Positions 40,026-54,717 are shown, counted from the first letter of the stretch. The stretch: 64,000 bases of DNA from Leucoraja ocellata (GCA_036785375.1 JAWMAR010000253.1:2170001-2234000); one strand, 5' to 3'. The notes: generated from the sequence alone by a model not told the origin. Program-made: numbers and translations.

Positions 40026-40850
40026 GGCGACCTGAATCCGGGGCTCGGCCGCGGGTCAGTGGATGACATCGTCGGTATCTCGCGGGTCACAGGTTGAAGC
40101 CTGTTTTCCGGAGCTCCCGTGGCAACAACTGCGTCCGCTGGACTGGAGGGCGGCAGCTTCGACCACCCCCGGGCCGCGGAGCTTGAACCGCGGGACTGAC
40201 TTACCATCGCCCGGTGGGGTATCGCCTCAGCGCAGAGGGAGAAGAGGAGGGAAGAGACAGCAACCCTAAGACTTTTGCCTCCATCACAGTGAGGAGGTGC
40301 TTGGTGCTTGGTTAATTTGTGTTTATTGTGTGTTGTTTATTATTACATGTATGGCTGCAGGCAACGACCTTTCGTTCAGGCCAAAAGGTCTGAATGACAA
40401 ATAAAGGATTCAATTCAATTCAATTCGATCATGTACAATCTCCTCTTTGACTGGAGAGCATTCACTTCACATTGGTATACGTGACAACAATAAGAAACAA
40501 AAGTTTGACATCTTGGAAACTAACTCCCGTGAGAAAGGTTAATCAAAGCCAGATCAAATTCCTGGTGCGTGGGAAAGGAAACAAGAAACAAGCAACATTT
40601 GTGAGTGTAATTCAAAAAAGCAAATGGGTCGAAGGCTGTTCTATAGGGGCGACACAGTGCCATAGACGATTAGAGGAGATAGATCAGTCGTGATTGAATG
40701 GCAGAGCAGACTTGATGGGCCGAATGGCTTATTTCTGCTTCCATCACTTATGACCTTTGGACTTCAAGTTCATATTTATTGTCACATGCACCAATTAAGG
40801 TTCAGTGATATTTGAGTCGCCATACAGCCATACAAGTCAAAAGAACACAA

Positions 40851-41351
40851 TCTATATTACTAAAAGTTTGATCTTGACCGCTTTTGGCTCATTGTGCTGT
40901 GATTTCTGAGAGAACGCCGCCACCTACGGCCGTCATTTTTGGCCACCTCGCTCAGAGCCTCCATCCGCCTTCCTGGACCAGAAGACTTTTCCCATTGATG
41001 AAAAATCAGAGAGATAATAATGTTTTTTTTTTTAATGCCATTCTCTCTGCTGCCCCTGCTGGAGGGAGGTGGAGGGACTATAAAACCAGATGTGGTGTGC
41101 CTCACTCAGTCTCTGCCAGATGGAGGAAGCCAGAGGGTCACGTCTCTCTGAGCTCTGAATAACACTGAACACATGTCTACTCAACTGTGAGTGCCCTTAA
41201 TGTGGTTTGAAAATGAAAATATGGTTGATTTGAAGTAAAAAGGCACTGCCTGCAAATGGTTGTTTGGGGGGTTTGGGTTGAAGTAAAAAGGGACTGCAGG
41301 TACCTGCCCTCCTGTGTGAACATGGGACCCAACGGGTCCCACTTAGTCTAG
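40851..41351 (+). mobile_element. Non-autonomous Helitron, family 2
   Basis: A|TCTATATTAC... start, perfect GGGACCC-AAC-GGGTCCC hairpin at 41324-41340, CTAG|T end; host repeat is contiguous across the A|T junction. Confidence 0.85.
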
Positions 41352-42556
41352 TACACAATATAACTTAACATTAACATCCACCACAGGGGAATCAGCATTC
41401 TTCACTGTGATGGAAGACAATATAGTTCAGTCATCTTCTTCCTCCGTTCACCCGTGGTTGGGGCCTTGAATGCTCCGCAGTCGCCGCTAGAGATGTGCAG
41501 GCCTTCTCGTCCGGATGATCGAAACTCCAGCGTTGGGACACACTCCCGAAGTTCCCGAATTGGCTGCTTCGTACCGGAGACCGCGGCTTCACGATGTTAA
41601 TGTCCACAGGCCCCGCGGTCGGAATCCGCGCCACGCCCGCGACTAGAGGCTCCACAATGTTAAAGTCGACAGGCACCCACGGTCAGAGCCCCAACACTAG
41701 TGATCCTCAGCAAAGGATCCCAGGCTCCGCGATGGTAAGTACGCCACGCCTGCTGCGTGAAGCTCTGAGCCGGTCTCCGGGCTGGAAAGGCCGCACTAAA
41801 CCAGTTGTTAGGCCACGAGGGGGCCCAATATGCGACATGGAAAAAAGTCACATCTCTGCCAAGGCAAATAACTTAAAAGGGTTTCCCCCTATGCTCCCCC
41901 ACCCTCCACATTAGACATACCGAGAAACATTAGAACATAGATTTAGACACTCTAAAAATAACAAAAAATTTTGGAACAAAACCACACCAGCTGCTGGTGA
42001 GGTGGCCGCATGCGGTGCCAACCAGTGGAATATGCGAGACCACTTCTGACCTGTCTCACAGTGCCGGAGACCTGGGTTCGATCCTGACTACGGGTGTTGT
42101 CTTTATGCAGTTTGTACATTTGGGACAGGGTGCAGGAAGAATGGGAAAACTGCACACAGACAGCGCCAGATAGGAGTAGGCCATTCGGCCCATCAATTCT
42201 GCTCCGCTATTCTGCTAACCCTATTTCCTGCCTTCTCCTCATAATCTCAGACACCTGTACTGATCAAGATTCTATCTATCTCTGCCTTAAGAAATATCCA
42301 CTCACTTGGCCCCAGTTGAACCCTAGTTCTCTGGAGCTGTGAGGCAGCAACTCTAATCAGCTACACCCCTGTGCCTTCTAGTCAGTCAGCACACCTGAAC
42401 TCCATCCAGCTGCATTGTTTGGGTAACAGGGTGGGAGATTGCAACCCTCACGTGGCCCACCCTCTTTCGACTATTGCAATCAACCCGACGTACACAAACG
42501 GAAGATCAAATAAAACAAGTTGTCTTACAACGTTAGGCTGTGCACCCCATACGTAA

Positions 42557-42954
42557 AGGGCCTGTCCCACGAGCATGCGCGTCCTAACGTTGTCGTTTGA
42601 GCCGTAGGGCCTCGCGGGACCAGTCCCACCGATCGCCGGAGCCGTATGGAGTTGTGAAGAGCTGGTCCCGACTTCGCGCGGCGCTCCGGAAAACTGACAG
42701 TGTTCAAAAATTCCACGCGGCAACGGCCTGCCGGCCCGCAGCCGCATTGAGGCCGTACGCACCGCCTCGACGGGCGTGCGCAGCGTCTCGATGCCGTATG
42801 CAGCGTCTTGATGGCGTACCGCTAGCGCAAACTTCCCGCGGACTTCGTCGAACTTCACGTCAACTCGTACGGGATCACTCGACCTCCGCGCGACCCCCGC
42901 TTCCGGTTTGGTCGCGTTCGCCGCATGCAGTCGCATGCTCGTGGGACAGGGTCT
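42557..42954. mobile_element. PIF/Harbinger-like MITE family 2, CpG-rich
   Basis: TIRs CCTGTCCCACGAGCATGCG / CGCATGCTCGTGGGACAGG; TAA on the left flank. Confidence 0.7.
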
Positions 42955-43874
42955 TCAGAAGAAGAAGTGGAAGGAGAGGTTTGGTCAACAATTAAATTGA
43001 AACTGGGGAAGCTGTGCAGCTGGAGCTAACTCCTCCACATTAGTTCAAGGTGGAGTTATGTGCAAAGTGTGAACACAAGTGAAATTATTGCGCTTACAAT
43101 AGCAGTCGCTTACAAAAGTGTACAACAGTTCTGGAGTAACTCAGCAGGTCAGGCAGCATCTCTGGACAACATGGATAGGAGATCTCTGGAGAAGCGTGGA
43201 CCAAACTGAAGGCCTGTTGGACCACACACTCCTTGGTCGGCTGTAGACGTCGGACATGAGGGGCAAGGGTTGGTAGGAGGGTGAACCTGGGGAATGCCTC
43301 CAGCGCCTTTAAGGTCGACTGCAGGAGGCGCCCACAGGACACAACGATGGCCGGGCGGGGAGAGGGACGTTGGTCCGCGGGGAACAGCTCTGGTACATCG
43401 AGCACCAAAACATGGCAGGGCCGAATTAGCGAGGAGGTTGGGGGAGAGGGTAACGGCAGTGGATGCTGGACAAAGGGCCCAGTAAGAACTGGGGGGTGGG
43501 GGGCGTGGCTTTCCCACGACCTTTTCTCTGAAGAAGGGTCTCGACCCGAAATGTCATCCATTCCTTCACCCCAGAGATGCTGCCTTTCCCGCTGAGTTGC
43601 TCCAGCTTTGTGGCTCCATCTTGGGGGGTCTTTACTTTCCGCAACCTCGAGGTTGGCTGCAGGAGGAGCCTCCCCCCCATGGGGAATTAGGGCTGAAGAG
43701 GGCCAGGCGTGGAGAGGGACGATGGCTGCAACAGGGCCTTTGTGACCAACTGCAGCTGGGATTGTCAAATGGCACCTCTTGTATAGAGACTCAGTGGGCT
43801 TGTTCTGTACTTAGACACAGAATGCTGGAGTAACTCAGCGGGACAAGTAGCAACTCTGGAGAGAAGGAATGGGG

Positions 43875-43902
43875 GACGTTTCGAGTCGAGACCCTTCTTC
43901 AG
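43875..43902 (-). ncRNA. Minimal type I hammerhead ribozyme core (Penelope-type), representative copy with intact core
   Basis: CUGAAGA-A-GGGUC(UC)GACUC-GAAAC-GUC; palindromic ACGU stem III. Confidence 0.65.
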
Positions 43903-46900
43903 ACTAGATGGTACACGCATTCTGTACTGTCCGGGAGTTTGTGCTGAAGTACGGGGATATGTTTGCTGAGCTTTATGCAAAAACTGTATGCCACTGTATC
44001 TGGTACATATGACAATAAGGAGACCATTGAACCATGTGCAATATATGAAGAAAGAATTTCACTGTGCAGTGGCACATGTGACAAATAAAACAACGTTGAA
44101 TCATTGAGGTGATGTTTCGCCTCGAGATCTTTCTTCAGACTGATTGCAGGAAGGGGGGGGGAGGGTGGGGTGGGTGGGAGGAGGAAACTGTCGCTTTAAT
44201 CAACGCTCACATCAGCAAGACAGTAAGTCACTCAACTCTACCCTTACTGCAGAAACATCAACATCCCACTCACCTCCCCACCTCGTTGTCAACTTCCCAA
44301 TCTGTTACAACAAGTCATAGAGTGATACAGTGTGGAAATTGGCCAAACTTGCCCAAACCGGCCAACATGTCCCAGCTACACTAGTCCCCCCTGCCTGCGT
44401 TTGGTCCATATCCCTCCAAACCTGTCCTATCCATGTACCTGTCTAACTGTTTCTTAAACATAGGACAGCCCCAGCCTCAACTACCTCCTCTGGCAGCTCA
44501 GCTCGTTCCATGCACCCACCACCCTTTGATTCCTGTTAAACCTTTTCCTGTTCACCATAAAGCAATGTCCTCTGGTCCTCAGTTTGTTACTCTGTTGAAA
44601 TGTGACTCAGCTCCAACCACCGCATGATCTTTGATCACCATCATTCCCACATCATCTGGCAACCATTGAGCATCACACGCTCCACACATGGGAACCATCA
44701 CATGGGAACCATACACGTATTCTAGCCAAGGGCTTATGAGAGAGAGAGTTGCAAAATGTGGCATGGATCAGTCAGGAGGTAACGGAGTGGAGGACAGCAT
44801 ATTTGAGGAACCACAGATGGTGGGAGGAGAGAGTGAGACAGTGTCGTCTAGGCTTGTATTCAGTGGAATGTGTCAACTGGGCTTGTATTCACTGGAATTT
44901 AGAAGGATGAGAGGAGATCTTAGAGAAACATATAAAATTCTTAAGGGATTGGACAGGCTAGATGCAGGAATAATTCTCCCAATTTTGGGGGAGGGAGGGG
45001 TCAGAACGAGGGGTCACAGCTTAAGTATAAGGAGTAGGCAATTTAGGACTGATATGAGGTAAAACATCTTCCTGCAGAGAGTGGTGAATCTGTGGAATTC
45101 TCTGCCACAGAAGGTAGTTGAGGCCAGTTCATTGGCTACATTTAAGAGGGAGTTAGATGTGGCCCTTGTGGCTAAAGGGATCAGGTGATATGGAGAGAAG
45201 GCAGGTACAGGATACTGAGTTGGATGATCAGCCATGATCATATTGAATGGTGGTGCAGGCTCGAAGGGCCCAATGGCCTACTCCTGCACCTATTTTCTAT
45301 GTTTCTATGTTTCCGGTCGAGATCCTTCAGACCTTATCATTGCCCCTCTTACTACTTTGAACGAGTTGAATTAATTCGGAGAATATCCCCCCTTCCCCCT
45401 CTTCCCTCCCCCAGCTGCCCCAGAATTAAGATAGCGTGTGTATGCGCTGAAAGATTGGGGGGAAGTGCTCTGTTAAGTAAGTTCGAATTACAACGATTCA
45501 CTTCAACACCTGTGCAACATTGTCCCTCGCATGCCAAAAAAGGATTCAGAATGCGAATGTATCTCAGCGAGTCAGGCAGCGTCTCAGGGCAACATGGATA
45601 GGTTACATTTCTGGTCGGCTTACACTATATGAGGGTGTGGGACAGACAGGAGCATGAATAAGAGAGTACTCAGACCTAATGGCTGCTCCATCATTTAGTA
45701 AGATTACTGTCGTTCTGTGTGAGGACCCTTCATGACCCGAAACGTCACCTATCCTTTTTCTCCAGAGATGCTGCCTGACCCACTGACCCAACCGAACACC
45801 TGCTGGGCTTAGTCCTGCCCTCCTCCCTTCTAGTTTCCTTCTCCCCACCCCTCCTCCACAATCAGCATTGGCAGTTCCTCGTTTCTCTAACCCATGCAAA
45901 TAATAGTTTCCGTTTTGCATAAATATAGTTTGCTGATGGAAAGTTTGGTTAAATCAAACATTTTTTTAGTCATACAGCATTGAAACAGGCCCTTCGGCCC
46001 AATTTTCCCCTGCAGAACAACATTCCCCATCTACACTAGCTCCACCTACCAGCATTTGGACCATATCCCTCTAAACCTATCCTATCCATGCTCCTGTCTA
46101 AATGTTTCTTAAACATTGCGATAGTGCCTGCCTCAACTCCCTCCTGCAGCAGCTCGTTCCATACACACACCCCCCTTTGTGTAAAATCATTACTCCTTAG
46201 GTTACTATAAAATCTGGACTTTTTTGGTGCTTTCCCTCCCAGTGAAAAGTGTTGGTTCTGCTATGGGAGGGGGGTGGGGGGGGGAACAGACATTCATGTT
46301 GAATCCTATCGTGTATTGTGTTTTTTTTTCTTTTATATGGATGTATGGTAATCTAATTTCTTCTTTGTAAAGCACTTTGGATTCAACGTGATTTGATTTA
46401 AAAGTGCTGTATAAATAAAAATTGCTTACTTACTTACTAAATCTTTCCCCCTTCACCTTAAACCATGTCCTCTGGTGCTCAATTCCCCTACTCTTGGTAA
46501 AAGACTGTGCGTTTACCCAATCTATTCCTCTCCTGACTTTGTACCCCTCTAGGGGTACAAGATCACCCCTCATCCTCCTGCGCTCCAAGGAATAGAGTCC
46601 CAGCCCACTCGGACACTCGAGTCCTGGCAACATCCTCGTAAATCATCTTTGCACCTTTGCTAGCTTGACCATAATAATAATAATAATATATTTTATTGTC
46701 ATTGCACATAAGTGCAACGAGATTTGGTTTGCAGCTTCCATCCGATGTCATAACTTAAATAACTAATAACATTTAGATTTAGATACCTCGAGAACATGGT
46801 GGCCAAAACTGAAACAATACTCTAAATGTGGCCTCACCAACGTTCTATGTAACTGTAACATGACCTCCCATCTTACACGTGTAAGAACAAGCTGCAGGTG

Positions 46901-49900
46901 GTTTTGCACTGTAGATAGACACATGGTGGAATAAGGCAGCATCTGTGTAGAAAATGAATAGGTGGTGTTTCAGGTCTGATGAAGGGTCTCGACCCGGAAC
47001 GTCACCTATTCCTTTTCTCCAGAGATGCTGCCTGACCCGCTGAGTTACTCCAGAATTTTGTGTTTATCTCCCAACTTCGATACTCACCACTCTGGCTTCC
47101 ACAGAACCAAGACAGTGTTTGGCAGTGCCAAGACACAAGAGTTACACAGCACGCAAACACGCCTACTCATTACAGTGAACTGCCAAAGGCTGTTTTTGCA
47201 TTTCCTTTGAAAAGTTTTATTTAAGGTAATATCATTGTTATAAAATGGAAATGAGCAGTCTAGAAACTGTTTTTCCTGTTCCTGTAATCAGTCAATGTCT
47301 GCTATTCACCATGTATCTGGCATATTGCAAATAGTTCTGTTTTGATGAGGTAAAACTGTGGTAATCCAATCCAAATCACAAAAGGCTGCAGGAACTCAGT
47401 GGGTCAGACAACATTTGTGGAGGGAATGGTCAGACAGGACCATTCTTCAGAGATTGGAATCGGGGAGAGAAAGTTGCCAAAGAGAGGTCGGGTGTAGCAG
47501 AAACTGCCACGTGATAGATCTATGAAGGGCAATCCTGACCCGAAACACCACCCATGCTTTTTCACCAGCCTCACCCACTGACTTACTCCAGCACTTTGTG
47601 TCTATCTGCGGTATAAAGCAGCACCTACAGTTCCTTTCCACACGAGTGATAGGTGGGTACAGGACTTTATTCCTTGGAGTGCAGGAGGATGAGGGGTGAT
47701 CTTATAGAGGTGTGTAAGGTCATGAGGAGAATAGATCGGGTAAATGCACAGTCTTTTACCCAGAGTAGGGGAATCAAGAACCAGCGGACAAAGGTTTAAG
47801 ATGAGAAAGGGGACATTTAACAGGAACGTGAGACAACTTTTTCACACAAAAGGTGGTGGGCGTATGGAACAAGTAGCCAGAGGAGATAGTTGAGGCAGGT
47901 AACATAGAAACATAGAAAATAGGTGCAGGAGTAGACCATTCAACCCTTTGAGCCTGCACCGCCATTCAATATGATCATGGCTGATCATCCAACTCAGTAT
48001 CCTGTACCTGCCTTCTCTCCATACCCCCTGATCCCTTTAGCCACAAGGGCCACATCTAACTCCCTCTTAAATATAGCCAATGAACCGGCCTCAACTACCT
48101 TCTGTAGAAGAGAATTCCACAGATTCACCACTCTCTGTGTGAAAAATGTTTTTCTCATCTCGGTCCTAAAAGATTTCCCCCTTATCCTTAAACTGTGACC
48201 CCTTGTTCTGGACTTCCCCAACATCGGGAACAATCTTCCTGCATCTAGCCTGTCCAACCCCTTAAGAATTTTGTAAGTTTCTATAAGGTACTATCACATT
48301 TAAAAGTTCATAAGTGATAGCAGCAGAATTAGGCCATTCGGCCCATCAAGTCTATTCCGCCATTCCATCATGGCTGATCTATCTCTCCCTCCTAACCCAT
48401 TTTCCTGCCTTCTCCCCATAACCCCTGACACCCGCACTAATCAAGAATTTATCTATCTCTTCCTTGAAAATATCCATTGACTTGGCCTCCACAGCCTTCT
48501 GTGGCAATGATTCACCACATTCATCACTAAATAAATTCCTTACCATTGTGGGCAATTCTGAAAGTCACACACGAGATGAGTAGTTAGTAATTTATTTAAC
48601 CTCAGAGTTGACATACCGGGAAAGCATGATAGGATAATAGGCCAATATAACAGAGGGAAATTAAAGGGAACTTCACGGAAATCTTATGTGGGGCACAAGG
48701 TCTCCAGAAGTTTCCGTTCAGATTTCCCATTATTACTGAGGACGGGATGTTATTACTGAGGCGGGATGTAGACTGCAGACAAGGTGACAACAGGAAACTC
48801 CCCTGGTAGATTACACAGTCAGATATTAATCCCCAGATGCTGCGTCTGGTATTCAAGAATTGAGCAAGCATGCCACATCTAAGCATCACAATTGAGTTAA
48901 TCATCAAGTAAATGCCACTGTCACTTCCTTTTCCGAACATCATCATCCAGTCAATTATGGCTGGAGTTCTGTGTCCGGAGAGGTGAGGGTGAGTCATGTA
49001 GAGGGGCACAGTGGCGCAACGGTAGGGCTGCTGCCTTCCAGTGCATTACAGTGCCACAGACTCGGGTTCGATCCTGACTACGAATGCTTAATATTTGCCT
49101 TAACATAAGAGACAGGCCTCTGTGTGTGTGGATTTCATCATTCAGTTTGTTTGCGGTTTGATCCGATCTTGGCCTCCCGTTCTACTTTATAACCGGGTCT
49201 CTGTAGCCCATGCCACCCCTTTAGATCCAAACCCTGTCTGCCTCCACCTTGGGATTCATGCAATGATTCCACCTTCATGGCTCTCTGCGGGTGAAAATGA
49301 CGAAAGGGTTGACCCTGGGGGAGAGGATGCTCCCAGTAACATCACCCCCTCTTCCATCTCCACCTAAATTGTGTGTCAATGAGCAAGGAGGGCCATCGGA
49401 GAGTTGTTGGGGAAGGGAGGAGGGTGTGCTGAAAATGAAGGGGGGTCCCTGGGGGGGGGGGGGGGAAGAGGGGGCAGCAGGCAGTAGATGGGACTGTTCA
49501 GTGAACTTTGGCAGCTTTCTCGGCACCAAAACGTGGCGACTCTTGTGTGCTGCCCAGGTGTGTATCATTTGCTGGGTTCATTTTACTGGGTTGTATGAAA
49601 AAACAAAGCATTACGCTGCACCTAGGTACACGTGGCAAGGTCGTTGAATCATTGAGGTTCTGGAGTGTCCACAGTAGGACAATTCTCAGGCTCATGCCCC
49701 TCCTCAGCAGCCAGTGTTGCTAGCCCAAGCATTGTAACTCCACGGGGTGTTAGGGACAAACAGGTCTCACTCCCCACCAACATCCGCACGACTTTTTACA
49801 GGGGCACGGTGGAGTCCCCAACTGCAACTGCTCAGACAGGAAGTCTCTGCAGAGGGTAGTGAGGGGAGCAGAGAGGAACATTGGCGTCTCCCTACCCTCG

Positions 49901-50444
49901 GTACAAGAACTGTTCCAGAGCAGCTGCCTGGAAAAAGCACTGAGCATAGCAAAGGACAGACTGCACCCACTCCACACACATCTAGATCTCCTATCATCAG
50001 GAAAGAGATACTGCAACATCAAAGCCCGGACAACCAGACTGCTAAACAACACCCTGCCGCAGGCTGCGAGGCTGCTAAACAGTCACCCCACCTGATTCTG
50101 CTGCTTTTGCACTGACAATTTAATAGCTGGCACTAAGTAATAACTCTGGCACTGGCTCAGGTCACTTATATCAGCTGCCCTGAACATTTTATGGCTGTTT
50201 TTACTTGTATTTTAATTTTGCTGTTTTTATCTGCACTTTTTAAACTATTCGTACTGTTTTATCAGGAAATTGATTTTTTTAATATATTTTTTTAATCGTT
50301 TTTATTTTATGCGTGAAATGTTTTTTATGTGCGATGCTCCGGTATTCCCTGCAAAACGTCTTCTCATTTTGCACTGTACAACTGTTGCTTTGCAAGATGA
50401 CAATATAGGATGATAATACTGATAATCAAATAATGATAATAAAC

Positions 50445-51170
50445 AAGAGGGATCTAGGAATAACTGTGCACAGTTCCCTGAAGGTGGAATCTCATGTAGA
50501 TAGGGTGGTAAAGAAAGCTTTTGGTGTGCTGGCCTTTATAAATCAGAGCATTGAGTAAAGAAGTTGGGATGTAATGTTAAAATTGTACAAGGCATTGGTG
50601 AGGCCAATTCTGGAGTATGGTGTACAATTTTGGTCGCCTAATTATAGGAAGGATGTCAACAGGATGTCAACAAAATAGAGAGAGTACAGAGGAGATTTAA
50701 TAGAATATTGCCTGGGTTTCAGCAACTAAGTTACAGAGAAAGGTTGAACAAGTTAGGGCTTTATTCTTTGGAACGCAGAAGGTTAAGGGGGGACTTGATA
50801 AAGGTCTTTAAAATGATGAGAGGGATAGACAGAGTTGACGTGGATAAGCTTTTCCCACTGGGAGTAGGGAAGATTCAAACAAGAGGACATGACTTGAGAA
50901 TTAAGGGACGGAAGTTTAGGGGTAATATGAGGGGGAACTTCTTTACTCAGGGAGTGGTAGCTGTGTGGAATGAGCTTCCAGTGGAAGTGGTGGAGGCAGA
51001 TTCGATTTTATCATTTAAAAATAAATTGGATGGGTATATGGTCGGGAAAGGAATGGAGGGTTATGGTCTGAGTGCAGGCAGATGGGACTAGGGGAGAATA
51101 CGTGTTCGGCACGAACTAGAAGGGCCGAGATGGCCTATTTCCGTGCTGTAATTGTTATATGGTTATATAA
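50445..51170 (+). mobile_element. CR1 family A 3' fragment
   Basis: LPGFQQLSYRERLNKLGLYSLERRRLRGD; tail gttatatggttata; internal caggatgtcaa duplication. Confidence 0.9.
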
Positions 51171-51799
51171 AAAGGAGGCAGTGATTCCACCAAAGGCACT
51201 GACGTTTTCAGAGTGAAGTTTCTCCTCCCTCTGTGGCACATCATCTCCAACACAGTGCATTTGACCAGCTCTGTCATTGATTGTCATTGCCGGTATGGAA
51301 TGAGGAGGGAGATCTGACAAACCCCCCCGGAACCCTGGGGGCTTCCAGAGTGGGAACAGGGCCATTAGGTTTCCCTTCCACTGTCACGTACGATCCCAAC
51401 ACACTAGGGGGCAATTAACCTACAAACCCGCACCTCTCTCTGATGAGGGAAAAACCTAATGCCCCTGTCCCACTTAGGAAATCTGAACGGAAACCTCTGG
51501 AGACTTTACGCCCCACCCAAGGTTTCCGTGCGGTTCCCGGAGGTTTTTGTCAGTCTCCCTACCTGCTTCCACTACCCGCAACCTCCGGCAACCACCTGCA
51601 ACCTCCGGGAACCGCACGGAAAGCTTGGGTGGGGCGCAAAGTCTCCAGAGGTTTCTGTTCAGGTTTTCTAAGTGGGACAGTGGTTAAGCACCCAGAGAAA
51701 ACCCACGTGGTCACAGCCTACCACAACCAGAGAGCAGTATCGAACTACTATCTACCAATTTGATGACCCTCGGACTATCCTTGATCGGACTTTGCTGGC

Positions 51800-52715
51800 T
51801 TATTTATTTATTTATTTTTGCTTTTTTTATTATTTTTTTAAATTTTTTATTTTATTAGAAGTAAGTACAGTCATATGGCACCAAAGTGCCTAATATATAT
51901 TTTCATAATACATTTTATGTACAACTCCTTTTTTTTTTGTTACATTGAAAAAAGATTAGAATAAGAAAAATAAGTTAGATTGTAAAGGATAGAAAGATGT
52001 GAAATATATAGTGTGTGAAGAAAGAAAACGAGTAAATGAAGAAAGTTGAGAAAGAGAAAATAGAAAAAATAAAATAAAATTAAAAAATAGAAAAAAGAAA
52101 ATAAAATTAAAAAAGGAGATCATCGTTTATAATCTTGACCAACCCTCGTCCAGTCCTGAAACAGTTCTTTTTTACAATTGTGTTGCACCATATGATTCCA
52201 AAAAAACGACGAATGGAGACCAACTCGTTATGAATTGGTCTGATTTATCCATTAGGAGGAATCGCATTTCCTCAAGATGAGCGGTGTCCAACATACTTGC
52301 AATCCACATTTTAAGCATTGGTATTGATGTACCCTTCCAAAATTTAAGTATTAATTTTTTTGCTATTATTAAACCATAGTTAAAGAATAGATTTTGAGAT
52401 GTGTTCAATTTATTCCCATCTTCCATTACGCCAAATATAATCATTTCAGTATTAGGTTCCATTCTTGTCTTGAAAAATTTTGTAAATATTTCAAAAATAT
52501 CATTCCAAAATCTATAAAGTTTTATGCAGGAAACTAAGGAGTGTGTTATAGTTGCATTTTGGGCTAGACATTTATCACAGGTGGCGGATATATTTGGATA
52601 AAATTTGTTCAATCTTGTTTTTGAATAATATAATCTATGTACAATTTTAAATTGGATTAGATTATGTCTTACATTAATTGAACATTTGTGAATATATATC
52701 AAGTATTTTTCCCAT
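51800..52715 (-). mobile_element. L1-clade LINE 3' end (ORF2 CCHC zinc knuckle plus A-rich tail)
   Basis: LIQFKIVHRLYYS...CDKCLAQNATITHSLVSC...FW; (AAAT)n tail near 51800. Confidence 0.85.
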
Positions 52716-54717
52716 GTAACGGACTTTGCTGGCTATACCATGCACTAAACGTTATTCCCTTATCATGCATCTATACACTGTAACTGGATCGATTGTAATC
52801 ATGTATTGTCTTTCTGCTGACTGGTTAGCGCACAACAAAAAGCGTTTCACTGTACCTTGGTACACGTGACAGTAAGTATAATTATATAAGCTGAACTAAA
52901 ACTAAAGGGAGAATGTTAAAAGTCCACACACACACAGCGCCCAAGGTCAGAATCAAACACAGGTCTGTGCCACTGTGAGGCACTGAGCTGCCTTCAACAC
53001 CTTCCCTGGCAGGCCATGCTGTTGCGTGTTTGGAAGGGAGTTGAGGGCAGGATGGGGTGTGTGGGCGAGAAAGACAGCCGTTGATCTATCATTTCATCTG
53101 TTGTTGAAGATGATTGATTATGGAGTGGTTTAGACTTTAGAGATACCACACGAACACAGGTCCGTCGGCCAACCAAGACTGTTCCGACCAGCGATCTCTG
53201 TACATTGGCACGATATCCTACACACTACAAAGGGCCACATCTAATTCCCTCTTAAATATAGCCAATGAACTGGTCTCAACTACCTTCTGTGGCAGAGAAT
53301 TCCACAGATTCACCACTCTCTGTGTGAAAAATGCTTTCCTCATCTCTGTCTTAAAAGATTTCCCCCTTATCCTTAAACTGTGACCCCTTGTTCTGGACTT
53401 CCCCAACATCGGGAACAATCTTCCTGCATCTAGCCTGTCCAACCCCTTAAGAATTTTCTAAGTTTCTATAAGAACCCCCCCTCAATCTTCTAAATTCTAG
53501 CGAGTACAAGCCGAGTCTATCCAGTCTTTCTTCATATGAAAGTCCTGCCATCCCAGGAATCAGTATGGTGAACCTTCTCTGTACTCCCTCTATGGCAAGA
53601 ATGTCTGACATTTTACAATTAACAGAAGCCAATTAACCTACAATCCCGCACGTCTTCGGAGTGTGGGAGGAAACCAGAGCACCCGGAGAAAACCCACGCA
53701 GGTTACAGGGAGAACGTACAAAACGACGTACAGACAGCACCGGTGGTTAGGATCGAACCCGGGTCTCTGGTGTGGTAAAGCAGCATAGCAAAGGGATTTG
53801 AGTATAGGAGCAGGGAGGTTCTACTGCAGTTGTACAGGGTCTTGGTGAGACCACACCTGGAGTATTGCGTACAGTTTTGGTCTCCGAATCTGAGGAAAGA
53901 CATTCTTGCCATAGAGGGAGTACAGAGAAGGTTCACCAGACTGATTCCTGGGATGGCAGGACTGTCTTATGAAGAAAGACTGGATAGACTTGGTTTATAC
54001 TCTCTAGAATTTAGGAGATTGAGAGGGGATCTTATAGAAACGTACAAAATTCTTAAGGGGTTGGACAGGCTAGATGCAGGAAGATTGTTCCCGATGTTGG
54101 GGAAGTCCAGAACAAGGGGTCACAGTTTAAGGATAAGGGGGAAATATTTTAGGACAGAGATGAGGAAAACATTTTTCACACAGAGAGTGGTGAATCTGTG
54201 GAATTCGGTGCCACAGAAGGTAGTTGAGGCCAGTTCATTGGCTATATTTAAGAGGGAGTTAGATGTGGCCCTTGTGGCTAAAGGGATCAGGGGGTATGGA
54301 GAGAAGGCTTTTGTTAGTCTCCCTACCTGCTTCCACTACCTGCAACCTCCGGCAACCACCTGCAACCTCCAGGAACCGCACTGAAACCTTGGGTGGGCCG
54401 CCAAGTCTCCAGAGGTTTCCGTTCAGGTTTCCTAAGCAAAACAGGGGTTTGACTACAGCATTTTGTGTCCAGCCCAGGACAGATTGGGAATATGTAGGTT
54501 TTAAAGAGTTAAAATGGTTAGCAACAGGGAATTCGAGCAGGCAAACTCTGACCGCTGTGTGAGCTACAGTGCATTAGCGACTCCAGTTAAATAGTTATAA
54601 ATCATCTCCAAAGCACTCAAGGCTGCTGTGAGAATCCAATTTAATACCGTTAGCCGCACTTCCCGTCTCTGAAGCTTGCTCACTGTATGAAGTACCCTGC
54701 AGTCTGGCCCGCTCAGT

